A DNA stretch of 64,000 nucleotides. Origin: Sphagnum compactum (Eukaryota). The position numbers and the translations under genes are program-made. The notes below the pieces were generated by a model. The model did no database searches. It saw only the letters and a program-made list of their open reading frames with translations, and was not told the origin of the DNA. The number at the start of each line of letters is the position of its first letter. Position 1 is the first letter of the stretch. Shown here in pieces: positions 10,721-24,926 of this stretch. The DNA is taken from the NCBI GenBank assembly GCA_965153455.1, contig OZ234493.1:18900213-18964212 (forward strand), written 5' to 3'.

Positions 10721-13700
10721 CAATTTGTAACCCAAAAATGCTCAAAGTTGGCCCCAAGTTTTTTTTGGCCCTGATTCCAAGCGGACCTAATTTCCATTGA
10801 TGTGTAAGGCACAACCCCCAAGATGAAGTGCACCTCTCTACATTAACTCCCAAACCCTTTTGGGATAATGCCAGGCAGGGTAGCAACAAAAGCCATGCAT
10901 GTTCATGAGCAATTCAAAGGCTCATAGGGATAGATAGATGCATGGGTGGTTCAAAAGTGATGTGTAGGGGGGTTGAAAGATGTTTCGTAAGTGGTTCATA
11001 GGCAACATAAAGAGCAGCGGTGATTTTTCCTTTGTATTTTCAGGACGCTCCATGGCCTGAATTTTGCAGTAATTGAAAGTTGTAACTTCAGTCGTGTGAA
11101 AGAGCACACGTTCCAATTTTGGGTATCAAAGGAATTTTAAAAAAAAACAATGTTGTGTCACTTTTTAACATTAAAAAATGCCCTCAAGTAGGGGAGTTTT
11201 TGAAGTAACCATCCCTTGGCTCTGCCTCAAGTAGGTGCTTACTTCTCGAACTCCCCACTCCTTTGGTGGGTAAGAATTAAAAATTGTTGGTTCTAGTTTT
11301 AATTAGTGAAAACCAAGTTGGAATTGGAACCTAATTTTTGTTTTCTCAAAGAATTCGACCTAGAACCAAATTCTTGGTTCTATTTAGGTGTGGAAATAGA
11401 ATCAAAATTTTTGAAAAAAAATAATTTCAAAGGAAAAAGAAGACTAGAATCAAAGGTTAATTGTTGATTCTGGTTCAAATTAGTAAGAATTGGGACAAAA
11501 TTGAATTAAAATTTTTAGAACCAAAATTGGAACTAAAATCATAATTTATCTTTTTTGAGTAATCGCATCCAAAATTAGAGTCTTGGTTTCATTTATGTGT
11601 GAAACCAGAATCAAAACCAAAATAGGTCTAATTTATTCTAATTTATTGCAGTTGGGGCAAAATGACAATCACATTGGGAAGTTACATTCCACTTGTGATG
11701 GATGAAGTTCTTCATTCAATTTGCTCCCTTAAGAGCCTTTTTGGTTTAGGGTGTTCTAATGGTTGTTCTTGTGGATCTGCCTTTTTGGTTCAGGGCATTC
11801 CCCATGGCAGTTCCCTATGGATCTAATCCCCCAAGCACCTTTTTGGTTCATGCATTTCCCAAAGGTCATTCCTTGTAGAGGGGAACAACCATTAAGAACA
11901 TAATGAACCAGAAAGGTCTCAATTAACAATGTAAATTTAGTTTTTTAACACTATGATGCCAATGGGGTAGTAGTAGGATAAAGAGGTCAATTCCTTTGCA
12001 ATCTATCAAGGATTGTCCTTTGCTTAATAGAGAGGAAGAAGATCAAGAACAAGGGAAGATCAAAAACAATATAATTAATCATTGATGACCTCTTGAGTAA
12101 GGTTGATGAGGGTATTAGAAGGGGGTTTCCTCTTAAGGTTTAGAAAAATTCAAAGAAGAACAAAAAAGAAAGACCCATCCCCAAACAATTAACCTTATTC
12201 CTAGAGAGGATAGAGGATGCACCTCATAGATGCACAACAACAAAAACAAGAGCAATGTTTAGCAACGATTACAACCTTGCACCCAATAGTGGGGGGTCAA
12301 TGGACTTCAAAGTTTGTAATCACCCCTTTTCAAACTCAAATATGGAACAATTAGAGCTTCCAAATCAACAACTAGTAACATTTCAACTACTAATTATTTT
12401 GCCTAAATGAAACATGGCAAGGGTACATATGCATGTGGGAGACTTGCACTAAGAGCAAGTTGTGTCACTTGCAAAATAAAAGCTCAACACAAAAAACATG
12501 TAGTAGAGATGGAAGAAGCTCGAGACATTAAAAAGTTTACATGCCCATGGATAGCTTGTTGGGGACTTCAAGGTTCAGGAACAATGGGCCTAGGAGCAAT
12601 TGATGATATCAATGAAGATCTTGACAACCTTTGAAAGCTTGAAGCTATTGGAGAATTTCGATTGGAGATGGGGATGGTGCATGAAATGTGCAAAAAGAAA
12701 AGCATTAAGGATTAATATGGCAACCCAAATTTTAGCAAATTTGTGAACATACATGTGAACTCCCATTTCTATGACAAAATGTATTATTACACACAAGCAT
12801 CATCCATCCCCCCCCCCCCAAAGCTCATCAACAAGGGTCCTATGGATTTGCACCTCTTTTGCCCATTAAGGGCCCTTTCTTGAATTTGAATTATGTGTAT
12901 TTTTGGATGTTTTCAAAGACCCTCCATCTCTCGATCTCATGGGTGTCCACTTATTCCCTTTTAGTTAGGCTCTTGCTAGTTTTTATGGTGTTTATTAATT
13001 TAATTTCTAGGTCTTTCTTGCCTCTAGCCGTCTTGTATTACGCCTTTCTTTAACCGTAGTTAGCTCTTTAAACTAGGTCAAGATAAGAATCTCTTTCACT
13101 TAGTCAAGAGGTCTTGGGATCAAGAGTAGTAGTAGTTTTGGCCATGGTGAAAGAACTTGAATGCAACCCTCATGCTAGTGCAACACCATGAACATAGGTA
13201 TTGCAAAATTCTTCACCAAAACAATTCTAAGGCATGGGAACAAGGAGCGAAGCAATCTTATCCACCATTTTTTGTCCAAGTAACTTCCCGATAGGATTGT
13301 CATTTTGCCTGAGCAACTCCAAGCATCTCAACACATAAGGACAAAAACCAAAAAGCTTCCCTTACTAAATCTATGACTTCTCATCTAAACGCATGCACTT
13401 CTATGGAACATTTCTATTAGCCTTTTTTTTTTTGCTGGGTAAATATAGCCAAAAAAACTATATTAGAAACTAAAAGTGCTGAAATCAAGTCTTTTTTTTA
13501 TTAATTTTTAGATTTTAGATTCGACCAAATATTTAAGTAAAATCACCAAAAAAATTTATACATGTTTCAAGTATGTAGCCATGAATATATATATATATAT
13601 ATATGAAAGGATGCTTTAAAAATGTTATTTTCATATTGAGATTGAAGCCAAAATTTGGCTAAATCTATTTATGGATTATTGCCACTTTGGCTACATCACA

Positions 13701-13930
13701 AAATTGACCCCCCAAAAAAACACTCATATCTATCCATCATAATGCTCACATAGTGCTTCAAAATGTCACTCACACATTGGGTCAAGTTCAAGCCAAAATA
13801 GAATGCTCCAATCCTACACCAACAAGTAGTCTCTTCCACATGGGCATAAAAGCCAATAAGATTACTTGGCCAATACTACTAGTCTTTAGTGTTTACTCTT
13901 TTATGCAATCAGCCATTTGGTGACACTTGG

Positions 13931-13955
13931 CCTAAACCCTAAACCCTAAACCCTA
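13931..13955 (+). repeat. Short interstitial plant telomere-type repeat (CCCTAAA)x3 / telo-box cluster upstream of TRXz
   Basis: cctaaaccctaaaccctaaacccta. Confidence 0.7.
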
Positions 13956-13982
13956 CCCATAAAGAGATTGATTGGAAAGAAT

Positions 13983-14280
13983 TGTTAGGAGTTTCTTTTT
14001 CCCTTTTTTCTTTTATTTAGGGTTGTCATCTTGGGCTACTTCCTTGTTTTCAGCTTGTTGTAAGGAAATTGTTTTTCCTTTTCTCCTTTTTCTTTTATTT
14101 ATTTCGGTTTGTTAGGAAAATATTTTTCTTTTTCTCCTTTTCTTTTTATTTATTTTGGGTTGTTAGGAAATTCTTTTTCTTTTTCTCCTTTTCCTTGATT
14201 TGTTTAGGGTTGTTAGGAAATTCTTTTTCTTTTTCTCCTTTTCTTTTTTTTAGGGTTGTCATCTTCGGCTACGTCCTTGT
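13983..14280. repeat. Degenerate T-rich tandem repeat (ttgttaggaaattctttttcttttctccttt...) upstream of TRXz
   Basis: About 5 recurrences of ttgttagga followed by a pyrimidine tract. Confidence 0.65.
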
Positions 14281-14374
14281 GCACTTCCTGCCTCTGTGAG
14301 TGTGTGTGTGTGTGTGGCGAGGGGGGGGGGGAACTGCGGGATTTGCTCCTGTGCCTGTGCCAAGCTTCGTAGCT

Positions 14375-15637
14375 ATGGCTGCCTGTGCCTTCCTTGTGTC
14401 ACCATGCACGCATCTTGTTGGAGGGAAGCTGGCGAACAAGGGGGAGTCTCGGGGAAGAAGAGGAGCAGTGTTAACAACAACTAGGAGCAGCAGGGAGATG
14501 GTGCAGTGCGCAGTGTGGCAATCTAGGAAAGGTTCTATCCCGGGTTTTCCTTGCTCTGGGTTTTTGGGGCAGCAGTGTGTGGTAAGGTCTGTCTGCTCCT
14601 CGAGACCAACTCTCAAGAAACACTCTCTCAATTCCACGCTAGCCAAGGCTTCTCTTCTCGTGGTATGTTTCTTGAGCGCTGGTTTACGTGTTTCTGTCGC
14701 GTACTGTTTTGGGCTTTTTTCTTTTAATTGGGTGTTTTCTGGGTTTAGGGTTTAGTAGAGTGGGAATTGGAAGAATTTTTCTAAATTGTTGTTGAGTAGT
14801 AGGGGTTTGAGATGGCGTGTGCTAAGATCGAGTGCATTTTTTTGTTGGGGATGATGGAGCAGCAAAAGGTCACAGCTCGAGAATTGGATGATATTCTCGG
14901 CGGTGAAAGGACTCAGCCCACGGTGGTCGACTTCTATGCTACTTGGTGTGGTCCTTGCATTTTACTAGCTCAAGAGCTTGAGACGGTATGTGAGTGTCTA
15001 TTCCATTCTTGTGATTGCAGCTGCTAAAATCTAAATACATGGGTTGTATGCTATTACAAATTTCCACTCATTTAGTCCTCCAGGTCCTCTGTTTGCAGAT
15101 ACCCGACTGCTAGGATTTCACAGTCTTTTTTCTGAGCTAAATTTTCATCACTCACCTTGGGCAACATCTGTTGCAGAGCTTGAATTTTTGAGGTCTTTTT
15201 GCCTACAACAGTTAGAGAATGTATGAACTGGGAGAAAAGAGTTGCATGATCAAGTAATGGACAGTGATTCCTTGTGCATTGCTGCAGCTAGCAGTTGAGT
15301 ATGGTGACAGAGTCCGGTTCCTGAAAATTGATACAGATGAGGAGCATGAGCTTGCTACTCAAATGGAGGTTTGTCATTTGTTCCAGTGCTGTCCTGCTCT
15401 TCCCCCTGTCTCTATTGTTATGTGAACTAAATACAAGGGGTGTACTTTTTTGGTGGGAGAATGCTGCGATGGAGTTGCAGATTGTGACAAAAATAGGTTT
15501 TGTTTATATGTGCTGTGCAGATTCGTGGACTGCCAACCATGGTTTTTGTGAGCAAAGATACAGAGAAACATGCCATACGCACTGAAGGATTACTTCCTGG
15601 ACAAGTCATTCGGGACATCATTGACAAGGAACTATAG
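14375..15637 (+). CDS. TRXz: Thioredoxin z / CITRX, plastidial, about 202 aa, 4 exons
   Basis: Exons 14375-14662, 14863-14985, 15288-15368 and 15521-15637, all phase 0 GT-AG. Ser/Arg-rich transit-peptide-like N-terminus; VVDFYATWCGPCILLAQELE active site; z-type C-terminus IRGLPTMVFVSKDTEKHAIRTEGLLPGQVIRDIIDKEL. Confidence 0.93.
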
Positions 15638-18221
15638 CTTCTTCATCTTGTGCTTAAGTGAAGGAGCGAGAGAGGACCTCTTCTTTGACTTATGCCAACT
15701 ATGTATGTATTTTTCTTCACCAAATGTCTTACCTTTACCTTAGATTCCTCTACACACCATCCTAGGCATCAGAATTCATCGACCCCATGTATTTTACTTC
15801 AACAGCATTCAAACTTCAATTGTACTTGTTTCTCCTCCTTAAATTCAGCTGTTACATTGCACATTTACAGTGGGGAATCTCATCACAATTGAGCAATTTG
15901 GGTCCCAGGAAGTTTTAGGGGTTTTATGCTTCAGCAAGTCTTTTTTATGAGCATAATGGGGAAAAGAATTCCACAATATTTATCGAACAGATTGGATACT
16001 AGTTCTATATATCTTGTGGTTCCTCACTTAAGAACAAATTTCTCAAGGTTTGTTAGATGAATTACATGCTAGTGCAAATGCATGAGGTCTATTAGTTTCC
16101 TTCAACAAGTTTGATGGTGTGGTCCATTTTGGCAAGCAAGTGCAACATGCCCCTTCTTCCCACATTGTGTCTTATAAACTGATCAATCTCACAGCATCAA
16201 GTAATAGATGGAGATGATATGACACTTTCTCTTGGTCACACGAGGCTACACCGGCAAGATTGAAAAGAAAATGGAATGCCTGAGATTGTGGGCATTTCAT
16301 TTTCCGAAATGGCCTCCATCATTTTTCAATCATTTTCTGTGATACGCACAGGAAATCAAAATAAAAACAGCATTGATTTTTTATGCTGAGTTACACCCTC
16401 GGAGGGGAAGAGTTCTAAAAGTAAAGTGCCACTGGCTCTCTCTTGGGGTGGACACTAACTTCCAGGACTTCACACACTGAAGGGTCTACACCAAATTTTG
16501 AAGTCAAGAACATGTTTTAGGTGTTTTTATTTTTCTAATCCAAATATTGAAGTCATTCTTCATGTTCTTCATCATATTGTTTAATGCCATTTATGTGCAA
16601 AACATTTACTAGCCACAATACTGGGAATGTTTTAAGCCCCCAGAATTTCAGATCAATAATAAATTATAATACTCACATTATCCACTGATATCGTCAATTT
16701 CCCAGACATTCCATGCTCTGAATGCCATGTGTCCCAATTGGATCCAGCGAGAATCCTTACTCCAGATCCACAGCAAGAATCTATTGAATCCAGGAATTGT
16801 TCTTCAGCTGTTTGTTGGCAACTCATTGAATTTTTCTGGTGAGGTTCAATTGAGTACAAATGCATGTTTCATGAGCAATAATACGAGGGAAAAAAAATTT
16901 CTGAAACTTTGAAGATCTCCCAAATTCCAATGTACAAGCATTCACTCAAAACATACCAAAAAATAAGGCATTAAATTGGCCCAAGTTTATATGTTCCAAA
17001 AGGACAACATTGGGCAAAGCATATGGGACACATGTGGTGCTATTGGGAACATGGTGGGGGAACAGAATGAGAACTTGGGGAACAGTTTGAGAACTTGAAT
17101 GAGGAACAAAGTGAGAACTTGATGGGAACAACTTGGGAACCCCAAAAATCCAAAAAGTCCAACTCCCCTCACCCTTCCCAAAAGGGAAAAGAAAAGAAAC
17201 AAAACAAAGCCCCTGGGGTGCATGCTTTCTCTCCTCATTGGCTGCCAAGTATTTGTATGTCTACCAGTGTTTTTCTCCATTTTTGGCCTACTAGGCTAAT
17301 TGGTAGTGGCATCAATTCTGTGACAAAAGCTTATGTTAGTAGTGGGCCCATGATTGATGAGCTTGTGCTCTGTTGATGGACGAGGTTTTCTTCTCTCATT
17401 AGATTGGTTGCCATTGGGTGAGATGAGTGCCATGCCCTGACATGATTTGCTTCCTTCACTCGAGGTGACAAGAAAGTCTTTATGTTTGAGAAGTCTTAAT
17501 GCAGGTGGAGAAGAAGATTATAACCTAGTTTTAGGGTAGGTAATCTTTGACTTTGCTCACAATTTGGACTGGAAATCCAGATCTTGTAGCTCCTTGGAAG
17601 GAAGCAAGCAAAGAAAGAAAGAAAGACAGAAAGGTCCTCGGCGTGACTAGTACTACTACTTTTTTACACCACTGATTTTCTTCCTGTCTGGTGTCTCGAT
17701 CCGTCTGGTGCTTTCTTTTCTGGGGGCCCCCTGTTGTTTTCTACTCTTCTCTGTGCACATCTAGAATTGGGTCTCATTGTTTCTTCTCATTCCATGATCT
17801 TGTCGTGATTTGTTTGCAGATCTGTGGTGGGTTTTTCTCTTTTTTTTTTGGTGGGTGGGTTTCTTTCGTTTGCAGACAGACCCGTGTGTTGGATCTGAAA
17901 CCATTGAAGGAACAATTGCTCCTCGGATCGTGACTCTCGACACCAGATCTTGATGTTTTGGTCTAGGGTTTTGGCGATGGGTACTACTACGCTTTGGATG
18001 TGAATTTTTTTTCTTGCATGATTGCGTCGCGGAAACTTTGATATGCAGAAAAAGGAGATACTGCACAAGGCGTGTGTCAGCTGGAAGGATCGCCAGCGAC
18101 TCGGAGGAGTTCGCGAACCAGGTTTTAGGGTTTTGAGAGTGCTTTGAATGGCATTAGTGCGGGAAAATTAGTGTGAGCATGCGCAGCGCAGACTGAGAGA
18201 GACAGAGACAGAGGAGCACAG

Positions 18222-21200
18222 ATGGCGAGCGTGCTGCCGTCTACTACTCACGATGCACTCTACGACAATGCCAAGTTCCGCCATCGCTCTTCACTTAGGG
18301 TAAGTAAGTCTTCAAAACAACATCGCGGAAGGTTACAGACATTTCAGCTCATGCTCAAGAAAAATAAAAGATAGAAATGAAATTGTTGGGTTATGCCAAG
18401 GTGCTTCTGAAAGATGAGAATGCTGAGGTTCTTTGCGCTGGATGGATTCATTTCTTCAATCTCTTTTGCGCGAAGGTTTTAGGGTTTCTGGGACTTTGTG
18501 CTTGATGGATTCATTTTTTCAATATGTTTTATGTGAAGATTTTTAGGGTTTCTGGGACTGAATCCTGGAGAGGCTTTTGCTTGGATAAAAATTTGGCAGA
18601 AAGTGACACGAGCGATCCAGACCAGCAAGTTGCCGAGGAGCTGTGTCTCATGTGGAATAGGACAACTCTTGGTGCTCCTTTTGTTGGCAGGTTTTGTGTA
18701 TCTGGGTTGCAGTCGGTCAAGCCAGATACCTGCTTCAGCAAAGCTCATTTCCAAACGGGTGAGAGAGAAGTATGATGGTGTAATAGGCACTGAAGCTCTT
18801 CCACTCCTGTTGAACAAGAGAAATAATGTAAATCCCCCCAAATTGAACAATGGAAAAGCTTCCTCGGATGTCAGTATGTCCATACACCACAATGACACTG
18901 TAAGTTTGATCTGATCCTGCAGACTTGGGTGGTTTTCATGGTTGCCTTTTTGGTTGCATCACATCGTTCCAACAACAGACTTAACACTGTCAGGATTCTC
19001 CAATGGAACCATAGTCTGATTTGATCTGATCTGCAAATGTGGCTTTCAGACGTGTTTTGGGTTGCATCATTGTTGCAAAAACAGATTTAACCACTTTGAT
19101 CATTGCACTTAGTAATAAAGGAGAAAGCTGTTGCAAATGATCTGATTCATGATTGTAAACAGCAAGATCCACTATGGAAAACCCGGCAAGCAGATGTTGC
19201 AGCGGCATTCCGACATGCGTGGAAAGGATACAAAACCTTTGCAATGGGATTCGATGAGCTGCAACCTCTCAGCAAACATGGGGTGGATGGTCTTGGTGGC
19301 CTGGGGGCGACTGTAATAGATGCACTGGACACTGCTATGATTATGGGCTTGAGTGATATTGTCAAGGATGCAGGATCATGGATCAAGAAGGAGTTGCCTA
19401 CCAGACTAAACGAGAAGGGACAGGTTGCTACATTGAACTCTTATCTTTGTCTTTCATGTCTGAGAGATATGTCTGAGACTTGTAGTTGGCAAATAGCAGA
19501 TATTTAGAGCATACATTGCAGTTCTAAGATGCCAAACACAGCAAGCATGATGTGCAGCATTGCTGTTCAAAGAAATGATAGCATAAGCTCAGTTTAATGG
19601 GAACTGATGGAGTGCTTTTCGCAGGTAAATCTGTTTGAGACTACAATCCGTGTGCTGGGAGGTTTGTTGAGTGCATATCATTTGAGTGGAGGAGGGAACA
19701 GTGGTGCATGGGGTGCAAAAGGAAGTAGCCACCTGCAAGGACCGAATCCTAATGTTTACTTGGACAATGCGAAAGATCTTGGAGACCGCTTGATGGCTGC
19801 ATTTACAAGTAGTCCATCCCCTGTCCCTTTTTCAGATGTGATTCTTCAGGAGCGGAGTGCACATCCAGCTGGTTTTGGTGGTGGGTTCAGCAGCACATCT
19901 GAAGTAACCACTGTGCAGATGGAGTTTTGGTACCTCAGTTACATTACTGGGGACCCCAAGTACGCAAAAGCTGCAATGGACGTGTATGAGCATTTCAGGG
20001 GTCTTCCAAAGACAGAGGGCCTTGTCCCTATCTATATTAAGTGGGTTTCCTGGCAGCCTTGTTCCATCAAATACATTTCTTTTTAATTTTTCTTTACAGG
20101 ACCAACTTTGCATTGATTTCTGAGTAAATTATGGTGTGACTGTTTCAGTCCACAATCAGGGCAGTTTGAAGGTAGCAACATAAGGCTCGGCTCGCGTGGA
20201 GACAGCTATTATGAATATCTGCTCAAAGTTTGGCTACAGCAGGGTGGTGCTGCATACAATGAGAGCAGTGTCGCATATTTGCGAAATATGTATGAGGAGG
20301 CAATGGGAGGTGTTAAGCATTTGTTGGTCAAGAAGTCAGAACCAAGTAGCTTGGTTTTTGTTGGTGAGCTGCCAAATGGGCCCAATGGGGCTGTGCATCC
20401 AAAGATGGACCATCTGGTATGTTGCACATTTTGGTCCAGTCCTACATTGGAGAGGATATGAGAGTTTGCAACTGATGGCAAAATGACAGATTGTGTACTG
20501 GCCTGTTGCCCATAAGAAACAAAAGTAGTTTGGGAGGCTGGGGAATTCTCTGCAACAAGTTGGCATATTTTGGAGGTTGTGTCATAGTTAACTGATTATT
20601 GAGAAAGGGTTCACACTCTTAACATTGACATGGTGATTATGTTTTGCAGGTGTGCTTCTTAGCAGGGAATCTTGCTCTTGGGGCAACCAGAGGGCTGACT
20701 AAACAGGAAGCAATGGCCAAGGGTAACCACTCAACATAAACCATGGTTTCATGTAGTTTTGAAGAGGTCATTTCTGCATTGATCATGTTGGTGCATTGAC
20801 ACACATCACATATGGACATGTGTTTTCTGGTGTAATCATATGGTCCAACAAGGTCTTGCTGTGTAGATCTTCTGAGCGAGAGCGCCTTGCAAGATTTGGA
20901 GCTGGCAGAGGAGTTAGCAAAGACCTGCTATGAGATGTATGAGGTCACACAGACTGGCCTGGCACCAGAAATTGCTTACTTCAATCTATATGTAAGTGAT
21001 ATCTTCACAAATCCCAGCCCCATCAATTCTTTCTTGTGTATTTCTGCTTTCTGGTCTTGTTTCCTCAGATTCCAAAATGGCCAAAAGACAGACTGTAGTT
21101 CTCGAATGTCCTGAGATTGGGGAGGTGTTTTGCTGCAGGCTGAAAATGTTGCTGTGGAGGGAGGAAAGGCTGATTCAATGTACAAGCATGACATCCGCAT

Positions 21201-21987
21201 CAGACCTGCAGATCGTCACAACCTTCTTCGCCCAGAAACAGTCGAGTCCCTTTTCATACTTTACAGAATCACTGAGGATCCCAGGTTTGTGGAACAGCAA
21301 TTACTCATCTTTTTCTTCACTGTAACGAGTACAACATGACCATCGTGTAACATAAAATGTAACAGAAACTCAACATGCAGATTTTGTATAATAGTTTGCC
21401 TGAAATTTTTGATAGATTATGTTTTTTACCCACTGATGGGAGCTGATGAAGTCAGTGAGTAGTCATGGCAGCTTGTCACTGCTATTTGTGATCAAGGTGA
21501 TGGTCTGAGACTTTTGTGAGCAACTCTCATAAAGTTATGACTCCACTCATTGTCATTTTATCTTCAAATTGTTGCTTTGGAGATGTCTCTGCAATTTCAT
21601 AGATGTGAGATAGGAAACAAATCTATGAAACAAATGGTGTGCATACTGCTGTGGAGGGAATGCATAGTGCAGCTGACCTTCCTGGTTCCGTAATGCAGGT
21701 ACAGGAACTGGGGCTGGAACATCTTTCAGGCATTTGAAAGACACACAAAGGTCAATTCTGGAGGGTACACATCTCTTAGCGATGTGACAGTCATTCCAGC
21801 TCCAAAAAGAGACAAGATGGAAACCTTCTTTCTTGGTGAGACTCTGAAGTATCTATATTTGTTGTTTGGGGACACGAGTGTCTTACCATTAACACAATTT
21901 GTCTTCAACACTGAAGCCCATCCTCTGCCTATAGTTGGAGGGAAAATTGATGATGGCAGATTCATCACTGGAAGCCAAGATCATTGA
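18222..21987 (+). CDS. MNS3: Mannosyl-oligosaccharide alpha-1,2-mannosidase, GH47, ER-type (MNS3-like), about 651 aa, 9 exons
   Basis: Exons 18222-18299, 18600-18899, 19163-19423, 19625-20040, 20149-20416, 20650-20722, 20867-20991, 21139-21284 and 21699-21987 (1956 nt, phases consistent). N-terminal [10 protein letters not shown]; type II TM segment ([15 protein letters not shown]); GH47 motifs [51 protein letters not shown] and FNTEAHP. The exon 2/3 junction in the stem region is the least certain. Confidence 0.93.
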
Positions 21988-23929
21988 CTCCAAAAAAAAT
22001 GTAACTTCAGCTCAGAGGTTTCTTGCACACTTTTCGTCCCTTTACTGAATTTGTAGAGATAAACATATTTTAAAAGAGAAGTAGAGCAAATATGAGTGGG
22101 CCCTTGTTCAGACGGGAATTCTGCATTAGGAATTTGCCTTTGGAGGGATCTGTGGAACAGTTCCACAACCTGTACTAGTATAGTTTGCCCAAGGTGGTGG
22201 GGTTACCTTAATAAAATGCATGATGAAACTCCTCCAGATTTTGAAGCTTGTGTCTTCCTCATACAAAAATGGTTTGCTGTATGCTGTTAGTGACAGGAAG
22301 AGCTACAGAGTTCAATAACATTTATTGAGACACCCATCACCGTACTCGTGATATTCCCATTCAAACCTCCTCATGACAGATGCAATTTTTTATACTGTTT
22401 TGAAAAACCAGCTTTGCAATCTGATTCAGCTTCATCCACCTCCAGATCACAGAGCTTCATAGTAATTGTTGCAGAGACCGTGCGTATTCAGGAAAGCAAC
22501 CGACTTTCACATTCAATAGTTAAGAACTTACAGTCTAAACAAAACCCTAATATCGTAAACCCTATTGCACTGATACTCTAAATCCTAATGCCCATCAGTT
22601 TTGCCCAAATTACATACATATTATATATACATTACTAACATTATTGTATATAAGTTTGTTACATTACAACTATGCCCACATTCTTCCCACCATAACTTGA
22701 TTTTCATGGCAACAAAGAGCAAGTAATTGAGTGGCATTTGAAGGTGGCTATTGTGATGCCAACAGAAAGTTGTCATCAATAACTGAAAAGGCGATGAGCA
22801 TAGATTAGCACTGAAATTTTTTGCAAGAGATTTTGCAATTTTGTAGCAAGCAAAAATCTTATGAGCATGGCATGGCTTTGGAAATCAAAAGAAGCTTGTT
22901 AAAAGCCATGTTCATAATTTACTAGTATTAGAACATAATGGTATATGTTATTGTGTGTGTGTGTGGAGTCAATGTGAATTGATGCTTGCAATAATATCAT
23001 ACATTGGAGGCATATTCTTAGCCTTGAAATGTTCATAGTAATAAGATACAAAAGATAAGAACTTTTTTTTTTGGGGTTTTGTGTGTATTTTCACAAAAAC
23101 CTAACTCCATTTTGTGCTTTTTCGTTTCTTCTTTTTGGTCTTCATGTTGTTGAGTTTATGATCACCTATCAAAGAGACTTGGAGTTGTGGAGTTGATCAT
23201 TGTGAAACAAGATAACACAATCTTCTAGAAGGTATATAGATGCTCATTCCAACCACCTTGGAAATGTTTTTTTCATTTATAATTTGGAAGTAAGATGCAT
23301 TTATGATGTAAAAACAACTACTTTTTATTTTGCTACAAACAATAACTTAAATTTATGAGGTAAAATTTAAGTTTTGCTTTCTAGTTGTAATTTTTATGTC
23401 CAGATTTTTTGGATCCTGTGACATTTATTTATTTATTTATATTTCAAGTTTGCAATGTAGCCAAGGCGTCCATCATTTGTAAGCCAATTAAACCAAATTT
23501 GGCTATTAAAAATATGAAAGTAAAATATTGTAACATCCGTATTTGACTACCTACTTGAACCATGTATTGAAATCCGACGATTTTAAATTTTCATTTTTAC
23601 TTTTCACGATTTATTTTCAAAAAATCATTGAATCCACCAGAAAAATTCAAAAAAATTGCACTGAAAAAGAGGCTGCTGCTATGACATTTGAAAAAGGAAA
23701 AATTAATACAAGCAACAATTTTAGATGCAATTTCTTTCTCTTCTTTTGTCAAAAAGGTCAGTCACATGACAATATCAGTCAAACAAAAACCCTAATGTTT
23801 GTTAGGGAGAGACAACAGAACAATGTAGTTTTCATTTGGTCCCACATTTTGAGGATTGTTCTCAAGGTGTTACTCTGAACTGTAAGTTCATTTTCTGGGA
23901 ACTTCACGGAACATTTCTAGCACTTATTA

Positions 23930-24274
23930 GATCATCTCCAGCAGTGCTCAGTTATGCGACAACCCTGCAAAAATATTTTTCACATCCAAGTTTAGTTATT
24001 TACTTTTTTGGAACCCCACCCATGAAAAAACTGAAACTGAGACAGCAAATAGGTGGGGGGAATTACTAATAGCAAACCACTTGGACCAATCATTATAATG
24101 GGCCGATTACTAATAGCAAACCACTTGGACCAATCAGTATGATGGGCCGATCAGAAACAACTGAGCACAAGTCATATCATATTTATCAAACTCTTTTCTG
24201 CAGGCATGTTTTGACTTTCCTTCATCCAATTTTCCTGTGCAGGATCACATACTGACCACCCCTGGAGATGGCTC
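23930..24274. mobile_element. Tourist-like (PIF/Harbinger) MITE
   Basis: TTA|GATCATCTCCAG ... CTGGAGATGGCTC|TTA. The TIR resembles the Tourist consensus GAGCATCTCCA, with a 3-bp TTA TSD at 23927-23929 and 24275-24277. Confidence 0.75.
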
Positions 24275-24416
24275 TTAGACCTTGCCATAAAGGAGCAGAG
24301 AGCAAGAGCCAGTAACTCACTCAGTGTTCACTCTTAGTTTTCCGGGAAATATCCACACATCATTATTTTTATCCTATTCACACGTGGTAATAGTAAGTAA
24401 CACAAAATGGCAACAC

Positions 24417-24869
24417 CCACTTTTGACAAATCAATTTTGCAATTATTAGCCATGGTCAAATATCATGAGCTAACCACACTTCAGGTGTGCATTCACACCT
24501 AATGTTAAGTCAGTGTTAAGTGAAAATCTAGGTGGCATCTTAGGTGGTACCCAATGTTAAATGAGTGATTGTTTAGAATTAAGTCAATGTTTAACTTAAC
24601 ATAAAATCTTCATGATAAATAGGTTTCGGTCCTAAATGACTTGTTGCCACTTTTGACAAATCAATTTTGCAATTATTAACCATGGTCAAATATCATGAGC
24701 TAACCACACTTCAGGTGCATTCACACCTAATGTTAAGTCAGTGTTAAGTGAAAATCTAGGTGGCATCTTAGGTGGTACCCAATGTTAAATGAGTGATTGT
24801 TTAATATTAAGTCAAGGTTTAACTAAACATAAAATCTTTGTGATAAATAGGTTTAGGTCCTAAATGACT
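24417..24869. repeat. Tandem duplication, 230-bp period x 2, including part of a MITE
   Basis: ccacttttgacaaatcaattttgc... at 24417 and 24647. Confidence 0.9.
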
Positions 24870-24926
24870 AGCTTGGCATTAGGGGACTTAATACTAGAGT
24901 CCTTAACACCAAGTGTGAATGCACCT
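24713..24926. mobile_element. MITE with perfect 14-bp TIR AGGTGCATTCACAC
   Basis: 24713-24726 versus 24913-24926. A partial inverted copy of its right end lies at about 38938-39033. Confidence 0.75.

Noticed and set aside
13931..13955. Chromosome end or telomere fusion site
   Set aside because: Only about three units, typical of promoter telo-boxes.
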